Shown here one piece after another: positions 19,462 to 27,754 of a DNA stretch of 55,069 bases; positions within the stretch are counted from its first letter, which is position 1, and each line of letters opens with the position of its first letter. The translations under genes were made by a program, and so were the position numbers. The notes under the pieces are model-generated. The model saw nothing but the letters and a program-made list of their open reading frames with translations. It did not search any database and was not told the DNA's origin. The DNA is taken from positions 1-55,069 of the forward strand of contig CAIRYL010000168.1 of the NCBI GenBank assembly GCA_903882825.1, read 5' to 3'. Source of the DNA: an uncultured Candidatus Peregrinibacteria bacterium (GTDB lineage: Bacteria; Patescibacteriota; Gracilibacteria; CAIRYL01).

Positions 19462-19495
19462 GGGCTGACTCGGGAGAGTCAGCCCTTTTGTTTTG
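19462..19495 (+). terminator. Rho-independent terminator
   Basis: 10-bp stem GGGCTGACTC / GAGTCAGCCC with a GGGA loop, followed by TTTTGTTTTG. Confidence 0.8.
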
Positions 19496-19540
19496 CCTGC
19501 GTTTTAGTAGTGTTGCACCCCCAAAAATCCATCACCAAAC

Positions 19541-19568
19541 AAAAAAAGACGCCCCAGCGGGGCGGTCT
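19541..19568 (-). terminator. Rho-independent terminator for the toxin-antitoxin operon
   Basis: The minus strand reads GACCGCCCC-GCT-GGGGCGTC followed by TTTTTTT. Confidence 0.7.
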
Positions 19569-19631
19569 TTACAGGCTCACCCTTCCTTCGCTCATTCCAT
19601 ATTCCCCAAAAGTGACCGTGGAGCATTTGTA

Positions 19632-19994
19632 TTATACCACTATTTCAAACCTATTTTCCTGAATATCCTGTACAATACATTCATAGTTTTTAAGGAGTAC
19701 TTCTTGAAATTCCTGGTTTTCTGGCGTCATATTTTTTCCAATTTTATCGGTTTTCTTTCTCAACAGGAGAGGGATAAAAAGCCCATCTGCCGTTTGAAGA
19801 AGCGTAATTAATCGTGCATGCCCTGTAGCCGTCGTAAAAGAAAGTTTCCGGAGGCGAGAAGAAACAATCCCCATGGATCCAAGAGAAACACCAAGTCCTT
19901 TTTGAACTTTTTGGAGTCCTTTTTCTAAATCGGCACGAGAAAAAGAACTTTTTTGAAGTTCTTTTTGAAGAAAAAATTGAGAAAGAAGAATCAT
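19632..19994 (-). CDS. Putative RelE/ParE-superfamily-like toxin
   Basis: 120 aa, with a 4-nt overlap with the upstream small RHH gene. The pattern RLRKLSF...GHARLITLL...LFIPLLLRKKTDKIGKNMTPEN resembles the K.R....GKSGG.R.I....L..iY.K....N.t core of DUF1044/RelE-like toxins. This is a weak, by-eye call. Confidence 0.45.
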   Translation of the reverse strand: MILLSQFFLQKELQKSSFSRADLEKGLQKVQKGLGVSLGSMGIVSSRLRKLSFTTATGHARLITLLQTADGLFIPLLLRKKTDKIGKNMTPENQEFQEVLLKNYECIVQDIQENRFEIVV

Positions 19995-20245
19995 ATTACT
20001 CCCTGTAAGCGTTCTTTTACTTTTTCAGAAGCAGTATTCCCCAAGGTATCCATCTTTTCTTGCATTTCAGAAGAGAGAACAATGTCTCCTTCATCCACAA
20101 TAAGAAGAGGATTTTCGAGTCGAGAAAAGTTCTGAAGAGCACTTTTAATAACAAAAGTAAGAGACACTCCCATTTTTTGTGCTTTCTGGTAGGCACTTTT
20201 CCACACTTCATCCTCTATCCGAATAGACCTCGCAACGGTATTCAT
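19991..20245 (-). CDS. Putative ribbon-helix-helix antitoxin
   Basis: 84 aa. The N-terminal RSIRIEDEVWKSAYQKAQKMGVSLTFVIKSAL fits a beta-strand/helix/helix RHH (CopG-like) pattern. The C-terminal tail is acidic. Confidence 0.5.
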   Translation of the reverse strand: MNTVARSIRIEDEVWKSAYQKAQKMGVSLTFVIKSALQNFSRLENPLLIVDEGDIVLSSEMQEKMDTLGNTASEKVKERLQGVI

Positions 20246-20303
20246 AGCATAATAAAAAATTCATCTGTAATATATCATCGTTTGTAGTTTTTTTGCAATA
20301 CAC

Positions 20304-21230
20304 TTATTTCCCCTTGGAAACATATTCAAAAACCGAATTGGCTGCCACGGCTGCTTCCCCAATAGCAGTCGCAATTTGGTGAAAATGATTTGATTGATTG
20401 GTAACATCACCCGCCGCAAAAAGTCCTGGAACAATGGTACCTTGATCTTCTCCTACTATTAAAAAACCTTGTTTATCTTTTTCAAGCCCAAATTTTTCTA
20501 CCAGTGCGGTATTCGGACTGGACCCAATTTCTATAAAAACACCTTCAATATCTGTAATTTCTTGCCCATTGGTAAGAAGCACTTTTTCTAACTTTTTTTC
20601 TCCTTTAAATTCTTCCACCGAAACATTATAAACAATTTCAATATTTTGTTTTTTTGAAATTTGCTCCATCCAAAATGGTTCCGCACGCATGGCTTCTTTT
20701 CGGACAAAAATATACACTTTTGGACATATCCCCGAAAGATATAAAGCAGATGTGGCAGCGCTATCACCTCCACCCACCACCGCTGTCACCTTATCACGGA
20801 AGAAAAAACCATCACAAGTGGCACAGTAGGTTACCCCTTTCCCATCTAGTTTTTCTTCACCTTTGGCTCCTAATTTTTTAGTTTTTGTTCCTACCGCCAA
20901 AATAATAGTTTTGGTAGTAATGGTTTCTCCCGAAAAAGAAAGAGGAAGAGAAAAAGTTCCATCTTCATTTTTGATAATTTCGGTCACCTCGTCTGATCGC
21001 ATTTCGGCACCATATTTTTCGGCATGCGCTTTAAATTTTTGCATTAGTTCTGGACCTTTAATGCTTTCAAATCCTGGATAATTTTCTACATCATGTGCCA
21101 ATGCGCTTTGACCTCCTTCTTGATTTCCAATAACAAGAGTGTTGAGTCTATATCGAACGGCATACAGTGCAGAAGTATACCCTGCAGCGCCAGACCCAAT
21201 AATAACCGTGTCATATACGAGTGAATTCAT
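20304..21230 (-). CDS. trxB: Thioredoxin-disulfide reductase
   Basis: FAD motif VIIGSGAAGYTSALYA, redox-active CATCDG, NADPH motif GGGDSA and GLFAAGDV. Confidence 0.92.
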   Translation of the reverse strand: MNSLVYDTVIIGSGAAGYTSALYAVRYRLNTLVIGNQEGGQSALAHDVENYPGFESIKGPELMQKFKAHAEKYGAEMRSDEVTEIIKNEDGTFSLPLSFSGETITTKTIILAVGTKTKKLGAKGEEKLDGKGVTYCATCDGFFFRDKVTAVVGGGDSAATSALYLSGICPKVYIFVRKEAMRAEPFWMEQISKKQNIEIVYNVSVEEFKGEKKLEKVLLTNGQEITDIEGVFIEIGSSPNTALVEKFGLEKDKQGFLIVGEDQGTIVPGLFAAGDVTNQSNHFHQIATAIGEAAVAANSVFEYVSKGK

Positions 21231-21358
21231 AAGAATAAAAAAATGTGCTGTTATTTTCCTGTATTTTTTTAGTTTTTACTAGTATTTTTTGTTTTTTAAA
21301 ATATTCATAAACGTTGATATCAGTAATGAAAGTCTACAAAATCATTTTGCAAAAGATT

Positions 21359-21499
21359 TTACTGTCGTAAATAATCGTATCTCGTCTGCTCGAAATCATA
21401 AATAAGTGTAAATTTACACTTTAAACCTTTGATTTGAATCCCTTTTGCAAAAGGTTCCTCTTGTTTTGTTTCCGCGAAAATTTTTGAATCACTGGATAT
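21359..21499 (-). pseudogene. Decayed N-terminal fragment, paralogous to the 5' end of gene 21667-22383
   Basis: My minus-strand translation is ISSDSKIFAETKQEEPFAKGIQIKGLKCKF...*. The intact gene reads MSSDSKSFGDAKQDEPFEKELQLKDSKCNF. ATG is replaced by ATA. The upstream leader is also similar: TTTAAAAACGAACATA versus TTTACAAATAGACATG. Confidence 0.65.
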
Positions 21500-21600
21500 G
21501 TTCGTTTTTAAAATTTACTTTTCGCTAGTATCGTACTTATTTTCTTCCGTTTTAAAAAGTTTTGATGTGATATTTCACAAGATGAATACTTGAAAATGGA

Positions 21601-21633
21601 AGAAACAAAAGGGTGCGACTTTCAGTCGCGCCC
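21601..21633 (-). terminator. Rho-independent terminator of gene 21667-22383
   Basis: The minus strand reads GGGCGCGAC-TGAAA-GTCGCACCC followed by TTTTGTTTCTT. Confidence 0.75.
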
Positions 21634-21666
21634 AACACAGGTTATTTCAATAATCGTGAATGCACT

Positions 21667-22383
21667 TTACCGTTCCACACAGGTTACGCCGTGATATGTT
21701 GAGGTTATTTGTTCAATATAAACTCCGAACCAATTTTGTTTGCCTTTGAGTTGTAAAGACTCGCCTATTTCAAATTGAGGGCAATCAAATCGTCGCTTGG
21801 ATAAAGTGAGATAATATACTTTTCCATTTGATGGTGTTTTAAGGTCAAGGTCATTTGCTTTGTTTTTGGAGCCTCTCGTTTGAGCACCTATAATTTCCAT
21901 TTGATTCTGATAGGGGGTATTGGGGAGTGTGACAACCAATAATCCAAGTGTGCCCGCACTTGGCCATGCTGTAGCAAATATAAATATCACTATTCCCAGG
22001 CAAGCACCCAGCCAATGTTTCAAATCATAGTTAAGCGTTTCAATGACAGACTTTTTTTGTTGTGAGCTAGCAATAGCTAGGTAAAAAATAAAAGCGCCAC
22101 TCCAAATCAAGAACACTATCAACACACGTTTCATTAGGGCTGATTCATGCAAGTAGGGTATTGCGCCCCAAAAATGGTTCACAACAACAGAGAGAAACGA
22201 ACCAAAAAACAGTATTGCTAGCAATATGCCCCAACTGTATTGCAATATGGTTCTGGTTTTCGAATAAATATATTCAATACCTTTTGTTGGTTCAAAGTTA
22301 CACTTTGAATCTTTGAGTTGGAGTTCTTTTTCAAAGGGCTCATCTTGTTTGGCATCCCCGAAACTTTTTGAATCACTTGACAT
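21667..22383 (-). CDS. Hypothetical membrane protein (238 aa, about 4 TM, unknown C-terminal domain)
   Basis: ORF with an ATG start and its own terminator. Hydrophobic helices include WGILLAILFFGSFLSVVV, VLIVFLIWSGAFIFYLAIA and LGACLGIVIFIFATAW. No family recognised. Confidence 0.6.
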   Translation of the reverse strand: MSSDSKSFGDAKQDEPFEKELQLKDSKCNFEPTKGIEYIYSKTRTILQYSWGILLAILFFGSFLSVVVNHFWGAIPYLHESALMKRVLIVFLIWSGAFIFYLAIASSQQKKSVIETLNYDLKHWLGACLGIVIFIFATAWPSAGTLGLLVVTLPNTPYQNQMEIIGAQTRGSKNKANDLDLKTPSNGKVYYLTLSKRRFDCPQFEIGESLQLKGKQNWFGVYIEQITSTYHGVTCVER

Positions 22384-22428
22384 GTCTATTTGTAAAATCC
22401 CCCTTTGGGGGATACCCCCCGTGAGTGT

Positions 22429-24192
22429 CTATTCCGCCTCCAACACACAAATATTCTGTTCCCGTAGCTCTTTTTCGGGCATAGATGCTGGAGAACGCAA
22501 CATGAGATCTCGTGCATTTTGGTCTTTTGGAAAAGCGATGACTTCGCGAATAGTGTGCTCATCTGCCCAGAGCATTACGAGGCGGTCAATTCCGAGTGCA
22601 CAGCCTCCATGTGGAGGACATCCATATTGAAAAGCCTTAATAATATGCCCAAATTTTGCTTCTGTTTCAGTAGGCGTTAATCCCAGTACTGCAAACATTT
22701 TTTCTTGAAGTTTTGAATCGTGAATTCGAATAGATCCTCCCCCCAGTTCTACTCCATTCATCACGACGTCGTATGCGTATGCACGCACTTTCATCGGATC
22801 AGACTCTAATAAATGAATATCTTCATCATTGGGACGAGTAAATGGATGATGCGCTGCTTGGAGAGTCCCATCTTCTTTTTGTTCAAAAAGTGGAAAATCT
22901 ACCACCCATGCAAATGAAAATTCATTTGGATTTTTAAGTCCAAAACGTTTTCCAATATCAGATCGTACTGCGCCTAACGGTTCTACTGCTTTTAAAAATT
23001 CTCCTGCTCCAAAAAATATTATATCTCCTTCTTGTGCACCTGTTTTTTCTCGTACCACTTGTAAAAATTCTGGAGTTCCATTTTTTGCAACTGGTCCAGA
23101 ATCTTCTCCGGTTCGGAGCCATGCCAATCCACCTGCACCGTGTTGTTGTGCCAATCGCGTAAGGTCTTCAATATCTTTTCGGGAAAGCTCTCCATATTTT
23201 TTGGGAACGCGAAGAGCAAAGAGATGTTCGGCTTTTTCAAAAATTCCAAACCCTGAATTTTTTGCATCATGACTCAGATTTACAAACTCCATACCGAAGC
23301 GCAAATCGGGCTTATCAGATCCATATTTTTCCAAAGCTTCTTTCCATGTAATTCTTGGAAATCGTCCGTTTATCAGATATTTTTTCCATTCTTTTTGTGG
23401 TGCACACTTTTCGGTAAGTTGATGGAGCATGTCTTCAATTACCTCCATAACATCATTTTGTTCTCCAAAACTCATTTCTAAATCGAGTTGCGTAAATTCT
23501 GGCTGACGATCACCTCGTAAATCTTCGTCTCGAAAACACCGAGCAATTTGAAAATACTTATCAAGCCCTCCTACCATACACAATTGTTTGAGTTGTTGTG
23601 GACTTTGTGGCAGTACATAAAATTGCCCACGGTGCAGGCGAGATGGGACAAGATATTCTCGAGATCCCTCTGGAGTTCCTTTGACCATAATGGGTGTTTC
23701 AATTTCTAAAAAATCAGCATTGTGATAAAAATTTCGAATAAGGTGCACCATATCATTTCGAAGCTTCATATTCTTTTGCATTTTTACCCGTCGAAGATCT
23801 AAATATCGATATTCTAAACGAAGGTCTTCCCGAACATCAGTTTCGGAATCAATTTCAAAAGGAGGTGTTTTTGACTCATTAAAAATCTGGATATCTTCTG
23901 CAAAAACTTCTATTTTCCCCGTTTCTAAATTGAGATTTTCAAGTCCTTCTCCTCGAGGACGAACCGTTCCTGTTATTTGTAATACCCATTCACTCCGAAT
24001 ATGTTCTGCCTTTGCATGAGCTTTTGCATTCACTTCTGGATCAAATACAATTTGAGTTAACCCATATCGATCACGAAGATCGATAAAAATAATTCCTCCA
24101 TGATCTCGACGATGGTATACCCATCCAGAAAGAGTAACTTTTTCCCCGGAATGAGTGAATCGAAGGTCATTACAAGTATGCGTTCTTAACAT
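22429..24192 (-). CDS. aspS: Aspartate--tRNA ligase (bacterial type)
   Basis: N-terminal OB domain (LSGWVYHRRDHGGIIFIDLRDRYG), the class II motifs FRDEDLRGDRQPEFTQLD and GGGSIRIH, and the terminal GCALGIDRLVM. Confidence 0.93.
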   Translation of the reverse strand: MLRTHTCNDLRFTHSGEKVTLSGWVYHRRDHGGIIFIDLRDRYGLTQIVFDPEVNAKAHAKAEHIRSEWVLQITGTVRPRGEGLENLNLETGKIEVFAEDIQIFNESKTPPFEIDSETDVREDLRLEYRYLDLRRVKMQKNMKLRNDMVHLIRNFYHNADFLEIETPIMVKGTPEGSREYLVPSRLHRGQFYVLPQSPQQLKQLCMVGGLDKYFQIARCFRDEDLRGDRQPEFTQLDLEMSFGEQNDVMEVIEDMLHQLTEKCAPQKEWKKYLINGRFPRITWKEALEKYGSDKPDLRFGMEFVNLSHDAKNSGFGIFEKAEHLFALRVPKKYGELSRKDIEDLTRLAQQHGAGGLAWLRTGEDSGPVAKNGTPEFLQVVREKTGAQEGDIIFFGAGEFLKAVEPLGAVRSDIGKRFGLKNPNEFSFAWVVDFPLFEQKEDGTLQAAHHPFTRPNDEDIHLLESDPMKVRAYAYDVVMNGVELGGGSIRIHDSKLQEKMFAVLGLTPTETEAKFGHIIKAFQYGCPPHGGCALGIDRLVMLWADEHTIREVIAFPKDQNARDLMLRSPASMPEKELREQNICVLEAE

Positions 24193-24270
24193 AAAAAAAG
24201 GAGAAAAAACGTTTTTGACAAATATTTTTCCGAAAGAGCCATTGAAAAAAATATTCTAAAAGTCGAAAAG

Positions 24271-24299
24271 AGTGTACCCGAAGGCGTTAAAATTGACAA
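24271..24299 (-). promoter_or_regulatory. Putative sigma70-type promoter for aspS
   Basis: The minus strand reads TTGTCA, a 17-nt spacer, then TACACT, about 75 nt upstream of the aspS ATG. Confidence 0.35.
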
Positions 24300-24326
24300 A
24301 AAAAAGAAGAAAGAGATTGATATTTT

Positions 24327-24707
24327 TTAATTTTCAAAGGATACGGGATTTCTTTGGAATAGTTCTGTTTTTTTCCCAGATAAAAGCCAAGCTTGCATTC
24401 CTCCGGTAACACTTTTTACAGAAGAATATCCGGCGTTTATAAGCGCATTACAAACAACAGATGAACGATACCCACTCCAACACAAAAGAATAATGAGATC
24501 TTGCTTTTGAATTTCTTTATTTTTTAATGATTCTTCGCTTATTTCTGACATAGGAATGCATAATGCACCAGAAATAATACCGGTTTCTTCAATTTCAGAA
24601 GGTTCACGAATATCTATTAAAAAAAAAGATTCAGAATTTTGTAATTTTTGAAATACATCTTCTCCAGAAATTTCTGGAACTCCTGAAACAGGAAAACTAT
24701 GTCCCAT
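24327..24707 (-). CDS. Rhodanese-domain sulfurtransferase
   Basis: 126 aa. The active-site loop is CWSGYRS (C-x2-G-x-R-S/T). Confidence 0.8.
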   Translation of the reverse strand: MGHSFPVSGVPEISGEDVFQKLQNSESFFLIDIREPSEIEETGIISGALCIPMSEISEESLKNKEIQKQDLIILLCWSGYRSSVVCNALINAGYSSVKSVTGGMQAWLLSGKKTELFQRNPVSFEN

Positions 24708-24724
24708 ACAAAAAAAGAAAAAAA

Positions 24725-25999
24725 TTATAAACTAACCCACAGCCCTAAAGCCCCAAGAAAGAGAATAAGTATCGTAAAAACTCCCATTCTTTTTAAAAGT
24801 TCACGAGATCCAAAAACTCCTACGATTCCTACTTTTACAAGAGTATTGACCACTACCGCTGTAAAAATAACCACTAAAGGAAGACTTCCTTCGGTAATAT
24901 TATTTGCCATAGCAAGAGTAATGGCATCAATATCTGTTAAACCGGCAATTGCCCCCACCGCAATCAGTCCTGCATCTGAGAAAATAGCAGTAATTTTTTC
25001 GGATGCGATAAGAATTATTAAAAAGAATCCCCCGAAATATAAAGCAGATTTCATATGTAGAGGCTGGGAAATTTCTACATCATCTTCATCTTTTCGTGAT
25101 ATTATAGATGTTTTTTTTTGATGGAATAAAAAGAAAATCCCCACTGCAAAAGCAGTAATGCCCATAAATCCTAGTGCGAAAAAAAGCGGAATAAATTTTT
25201 CTTTCTGGGGTGCCACAATCAAAATTTCTAAAATGACTCTACAAAACATCATTCCAGAGGCAATAAGAATCGGAACTAAAAAAATAGTACTTTCTTTTTT
25301 TCCTTTTGATTCCTGTGCAAGTCCGGTAGTAACTGCAGTAGAAGAAACAAGACCTCCAATAATCCCAGATAGTAAAGATCCTTTTGATTTCCCAATAAAT
25401 TTTGAAAGAAAATATCCAATAAAACGAATCGCCGCAACAAACATCACCATGAGCCATACTTTCCGAGGTGCCCAATCAAAAAATCCAAATGGATCCACCC
25501 AAGATGCTGGCAAAATCTGAAGGATAATAAACGAAAAAATAAGAAATTGCAGAATAGAAAGAAGCTCATTTTTATTTATACGTTCTGCAATACCATGAAA
25601 CCCTTCTTCAAATGCTAAAATTCCTGTAAAAAAAACACTCACTGTTAATGCCATTACTAAAAGGTTTTGTTCCACAAAAACCCCTATAATAAAACTCGCA
25701 AAAAGAGAAAATACAGAAGTCATCCCATATCGTTCGGTTTTTAAAGCAAAAAGAGTATGAGAAATAAAGATAAGACCAAAAATACCAAAAGTAAAAATTG
25801 GTAAAAACCATCCCGAAAAATTTTCTGCCAGAAAAAAAGAGAGAAAGCCGAGGACTCCGAGCATCGCATGGGTTCTCATTCCTCCAATTACTTTTTCTTG
25901 TTCGTCTTTTTTTTGAATACGCATTTCACGTTCTAGACCAATAAGTCCTGCAAGTCCACCAGCCGAAACAAAAAGAGTAAGAAAATCTGAAAATATCAT
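24725..25999 (-). CDS. MgtC/SapB-family membrane protein with a DUF4010-like C-terminal half
   Basis: N-terminal GLIGLEREMR motif (MgtC family), 424 aa and polytopic. It has a 4-nt overlap with the upstream leuD. Confidence 0.7.
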   Translation of the reverse strand: MIFSDFLTLFVSAGGLAGLIGLEREMRIQKKDEQEKVIGGMRTHAMLGVLGFLSFFLAENFSGWFLPIFTFGIFGLIFISHTLFALKTERYGMTSVFSLFASFIIGVFVEQNLLVMALTVSVFFTGILAFEEGFHGIAERINKNELLSILQFLIFSFIILQILPASWVDPFGFFDWAPRKVWLMVMFVAAIRFIGYFLSKFIGKSKGSLLSGIIGGLVSSTAVTTGLAQESKGKKESTIFLVPILIASGMMFCRVILEILIVAPQKEKFIPLFFALGFMGITAFAVGIFFLFHQKKTSIISRKDEDDVEISQPLHMKSALYFGGFFLIILIASEKITAIFSDAGLIAVGAIAGLTDIDAITLAMANNITEGSLPLVVIFTAVVVNTLVKVGIVGVFGSRELLKRMGVFTILILFLGALGLWVSL

Positions 26000-26604
26000 A
26001 AAAAGAGATGTAATTTTCGTTGTTCTTCAAATGCGCGTATTTTTTCTTCAAACGACAATAAATAATCAAGATCAGATGCACCTTTTAAAAATCTATTTTT
26101 TGAAAACCCAGAAATTTCAAAATGATATTTTTCTCCAGTGGCGGTTTCTACCATTTGGTTTTCTAAATCAATAATGAGTTCTTCTAATTCATCTTCCGGA
26201 CTTAAAAGTTTTTGCACTATTTCCTCCGGCAAAAGAATAGGTAGAAGTCCGTTTTTTTCAGCATTTCCCTTAAAAATATCAGCAAATTCAGAAGAAATAA
26301 CCACTTCAATTCCTGCATCTTTTAGCGCCCATGGAGCATGTTCTCGACTGGATCCACATCCAAAATTAGCACCAGATACTACAATGCGAGATCCTGCAAA
26401 TTCAGGTTTATCCATTGGGAAATTTTTCCCTTCTCCTCGTAAATTTTTAAAAACTTGTTTCCCAAGCCCTTCTTTTGTAGTGGTTTTTAAAAACTCAGCA
26501 GGAATAATAATATCCGTATCAATATCTTTTAGAGGAATACGAATAACACGAGATGAAAAACGTGAAAAATGAGACATAAAAGAAGGAGAATGTAAAATAC
26601 CCAT
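25996..26604 (-). CDS. leuD: 3-isopropylmalate dehydratase small subunit (LeuD / aconitase swivel domain)
   Basis: DIDTDIIIPAEFLK and GANFGCGSSREHAPWALKDAGI. An alternative start is MSHFSRF at 26577. Confidence 0.85.
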   Translation of the reverse strand: MGILHSPSFMSHFSRFSSRVIRIPLKDIDTDIIIPAEFLKTTTKEGLGKQVFKNLRGEGKNFPMDKPEFAGSRIVVSGANFGCGSSREHAPWALKDAGIEVVISSEFADIFKGNAEKNGLLPILLPEEIVQKLLSPEDELEELIIDLENQMVETATGEKYHFEISGFSKNRFLKGASDLDYLLSFEEKIRAFEEQRKLHLFL

Positions 26605-26644
26605 CTATTGTTTCAAAACAACGCACAAGACTCAAGTCTTCATT

Positions 26645-27754
26645 TTATTTGTGAATGATCTGCGCTATTTTTTCTTTTAATATTTCTATGCCTTCTCCTT
26701 TTTGTGCAGAACAAAAAATAGGATTTCGATTTTTATATTCTTTCAAAAGTGCTATTTTCCCAAAACGTTTTTTGGCAATATCGGTTTTATTAAATACCAA
26801 AATTTGAGATTTTTCGCTCAATCCTAAATTTTCTAAAATTTCGTCTACTACTTTTATTTTTTCTTTTTTTTGGGGATCGGAAACATCAACGACATGCAGA
26901 AGAATATCCGCATGAATACTTTCTGAGAGAGTAGATCGAAAAGCGGAAATAAGATGAGGGGGAAGGTCTGCAATAAAACCAATAGTATCAGAGACTAAAA
27001 TTTCAGAATGGACTTCCGGAAGATACATTTTTCCAATACGCGTATCAAGCGTTTCAAAAAGAGCATTTTTCACACTCACTCCTTTTTTAGAAAGGCGATT
27101 CATCATGCATGATTTTCCAGCATTGGTGTATCCCACTAACGAAAGCGTTAAAAAATTATCTCGTTTTCGTCTTTCTCGTTGCAAAGATTTGGTATTTTCA
27201 GACTTTTTTAATTTTTCAGTAATATCTTTTTCGGCTCTTTGAAGATGGCGCTTCATGATTTCAGTATTGGTTTCCCCAATTCCACGGGTACCAATTCCGC
27301 CTCCTTGTCGGGAAAGTTCATCTCCCATTCCAAAAATTCTGGGTCCCATGTGGCGAATTTTGGCGAGTTCAATTTGCAATTTTGCTTCTGAACTTTGTGC
27401 GTGAAGAGAAAATATTTTTAAAATGAGGTCTATTTTATCCCATACCTCTATTTTCTCAAGACGAAAAATCTCTGAAAGTTCATAAATCTGGCGAGGTTTC
27501 AGGGTATTTCCTAAAATTAAAATCTGTATATTTTGTAATTTTGCTTCTGTTAAAATTTCAGAAATAGTATTTTGGCTCAAAAATGTTTTCAGATTAATAT
27601 CCGCTCTTTTTGATATTTTCCCACATATTTCCACGGTTCCCAGTGTTTGAACTAGACTTGAAATTTCTTCCATTTGAATATTTCGATCGGAGATCGCCAT
27701 TTTTTTGTCGGGCGTTATATGTATAATAATGGCATTCTGAAGAGGAGATTTCAT
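26645..27754 (-). CDS. hflX: GTPase HflX
   Basis: HflX N-terminal domain (QIELAKIRHMGPR, GGIGTRGIGETNTE) and G-domain motifs GYTNAGKSCMMNRL, DTIGF and NKTD. Confidence 0.9.
   Translation of the reverse strand: MKSPLQNAIIIHITPDKKMAISDRNIQMEEISSLVQTLGTVEICGKISKRADINLKTFLSQNTISEILTEAKLQNIQILILGNTLKPRQIYELSEIFRLEKIEVWDKIDLILKIFSLHAQSSEAKLQIELAKIRHMGPRIFGMGDELSRQGGGIGTRGIGETNTEIMKRHLQRAEKDITEKLKKSENTKSLQRERRKRDNFLTLSLVGYTNAGKSCMMNRLSKKGVSVKNALFETLDTRIGKMYLPEVHSEILVSDTIGFIADLPPHLISAFRSTLSESIHADILLHVVDVSDPQKKEKIKVVDEILENLGLSEKSQILVFNKTDIAKKRFGKIALLKEYKNRNPIFCSAQKGEGIEILKEKIAQIIHK

Noticed and set aside
19570-19610. An SRP (4.5S) RNA-like GAAGGAAGG motif on the minus strand
   Set aside because: The surrounding sequence cannot form the conserved helix-8 hairpin with a GNRA tetraloop and symmetric loop. 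It resembles SRP RNA only at the level of a purine run.
19455-19811. A 118-aa + strand ORF
   Set aside because: It starts inside a terminator hairpin, runs through a second terminator, and then lies antisense to the toxin gene. It is a compositional artefact.
22394-22411. A CCCCC-TTT-GGGGG hairpin between aspS and the islet gene, as a terminator
   Set aside because: It has only a 5-bp stem, a 3-nt loop and a weak T-run on the minus strand. It is plausible as a weak attenuator, but too small to call.
24193-24326. T-box or other leader riboswitch upstream of aspS, and similarly upstream of proS at 46924-47060
   Set aside because: The leaders are only about 70-130 nt and AT-rich. I saw no specifier or antiterminator-type helices or T-box consensus (AGGGUGGNACCGCG-like).
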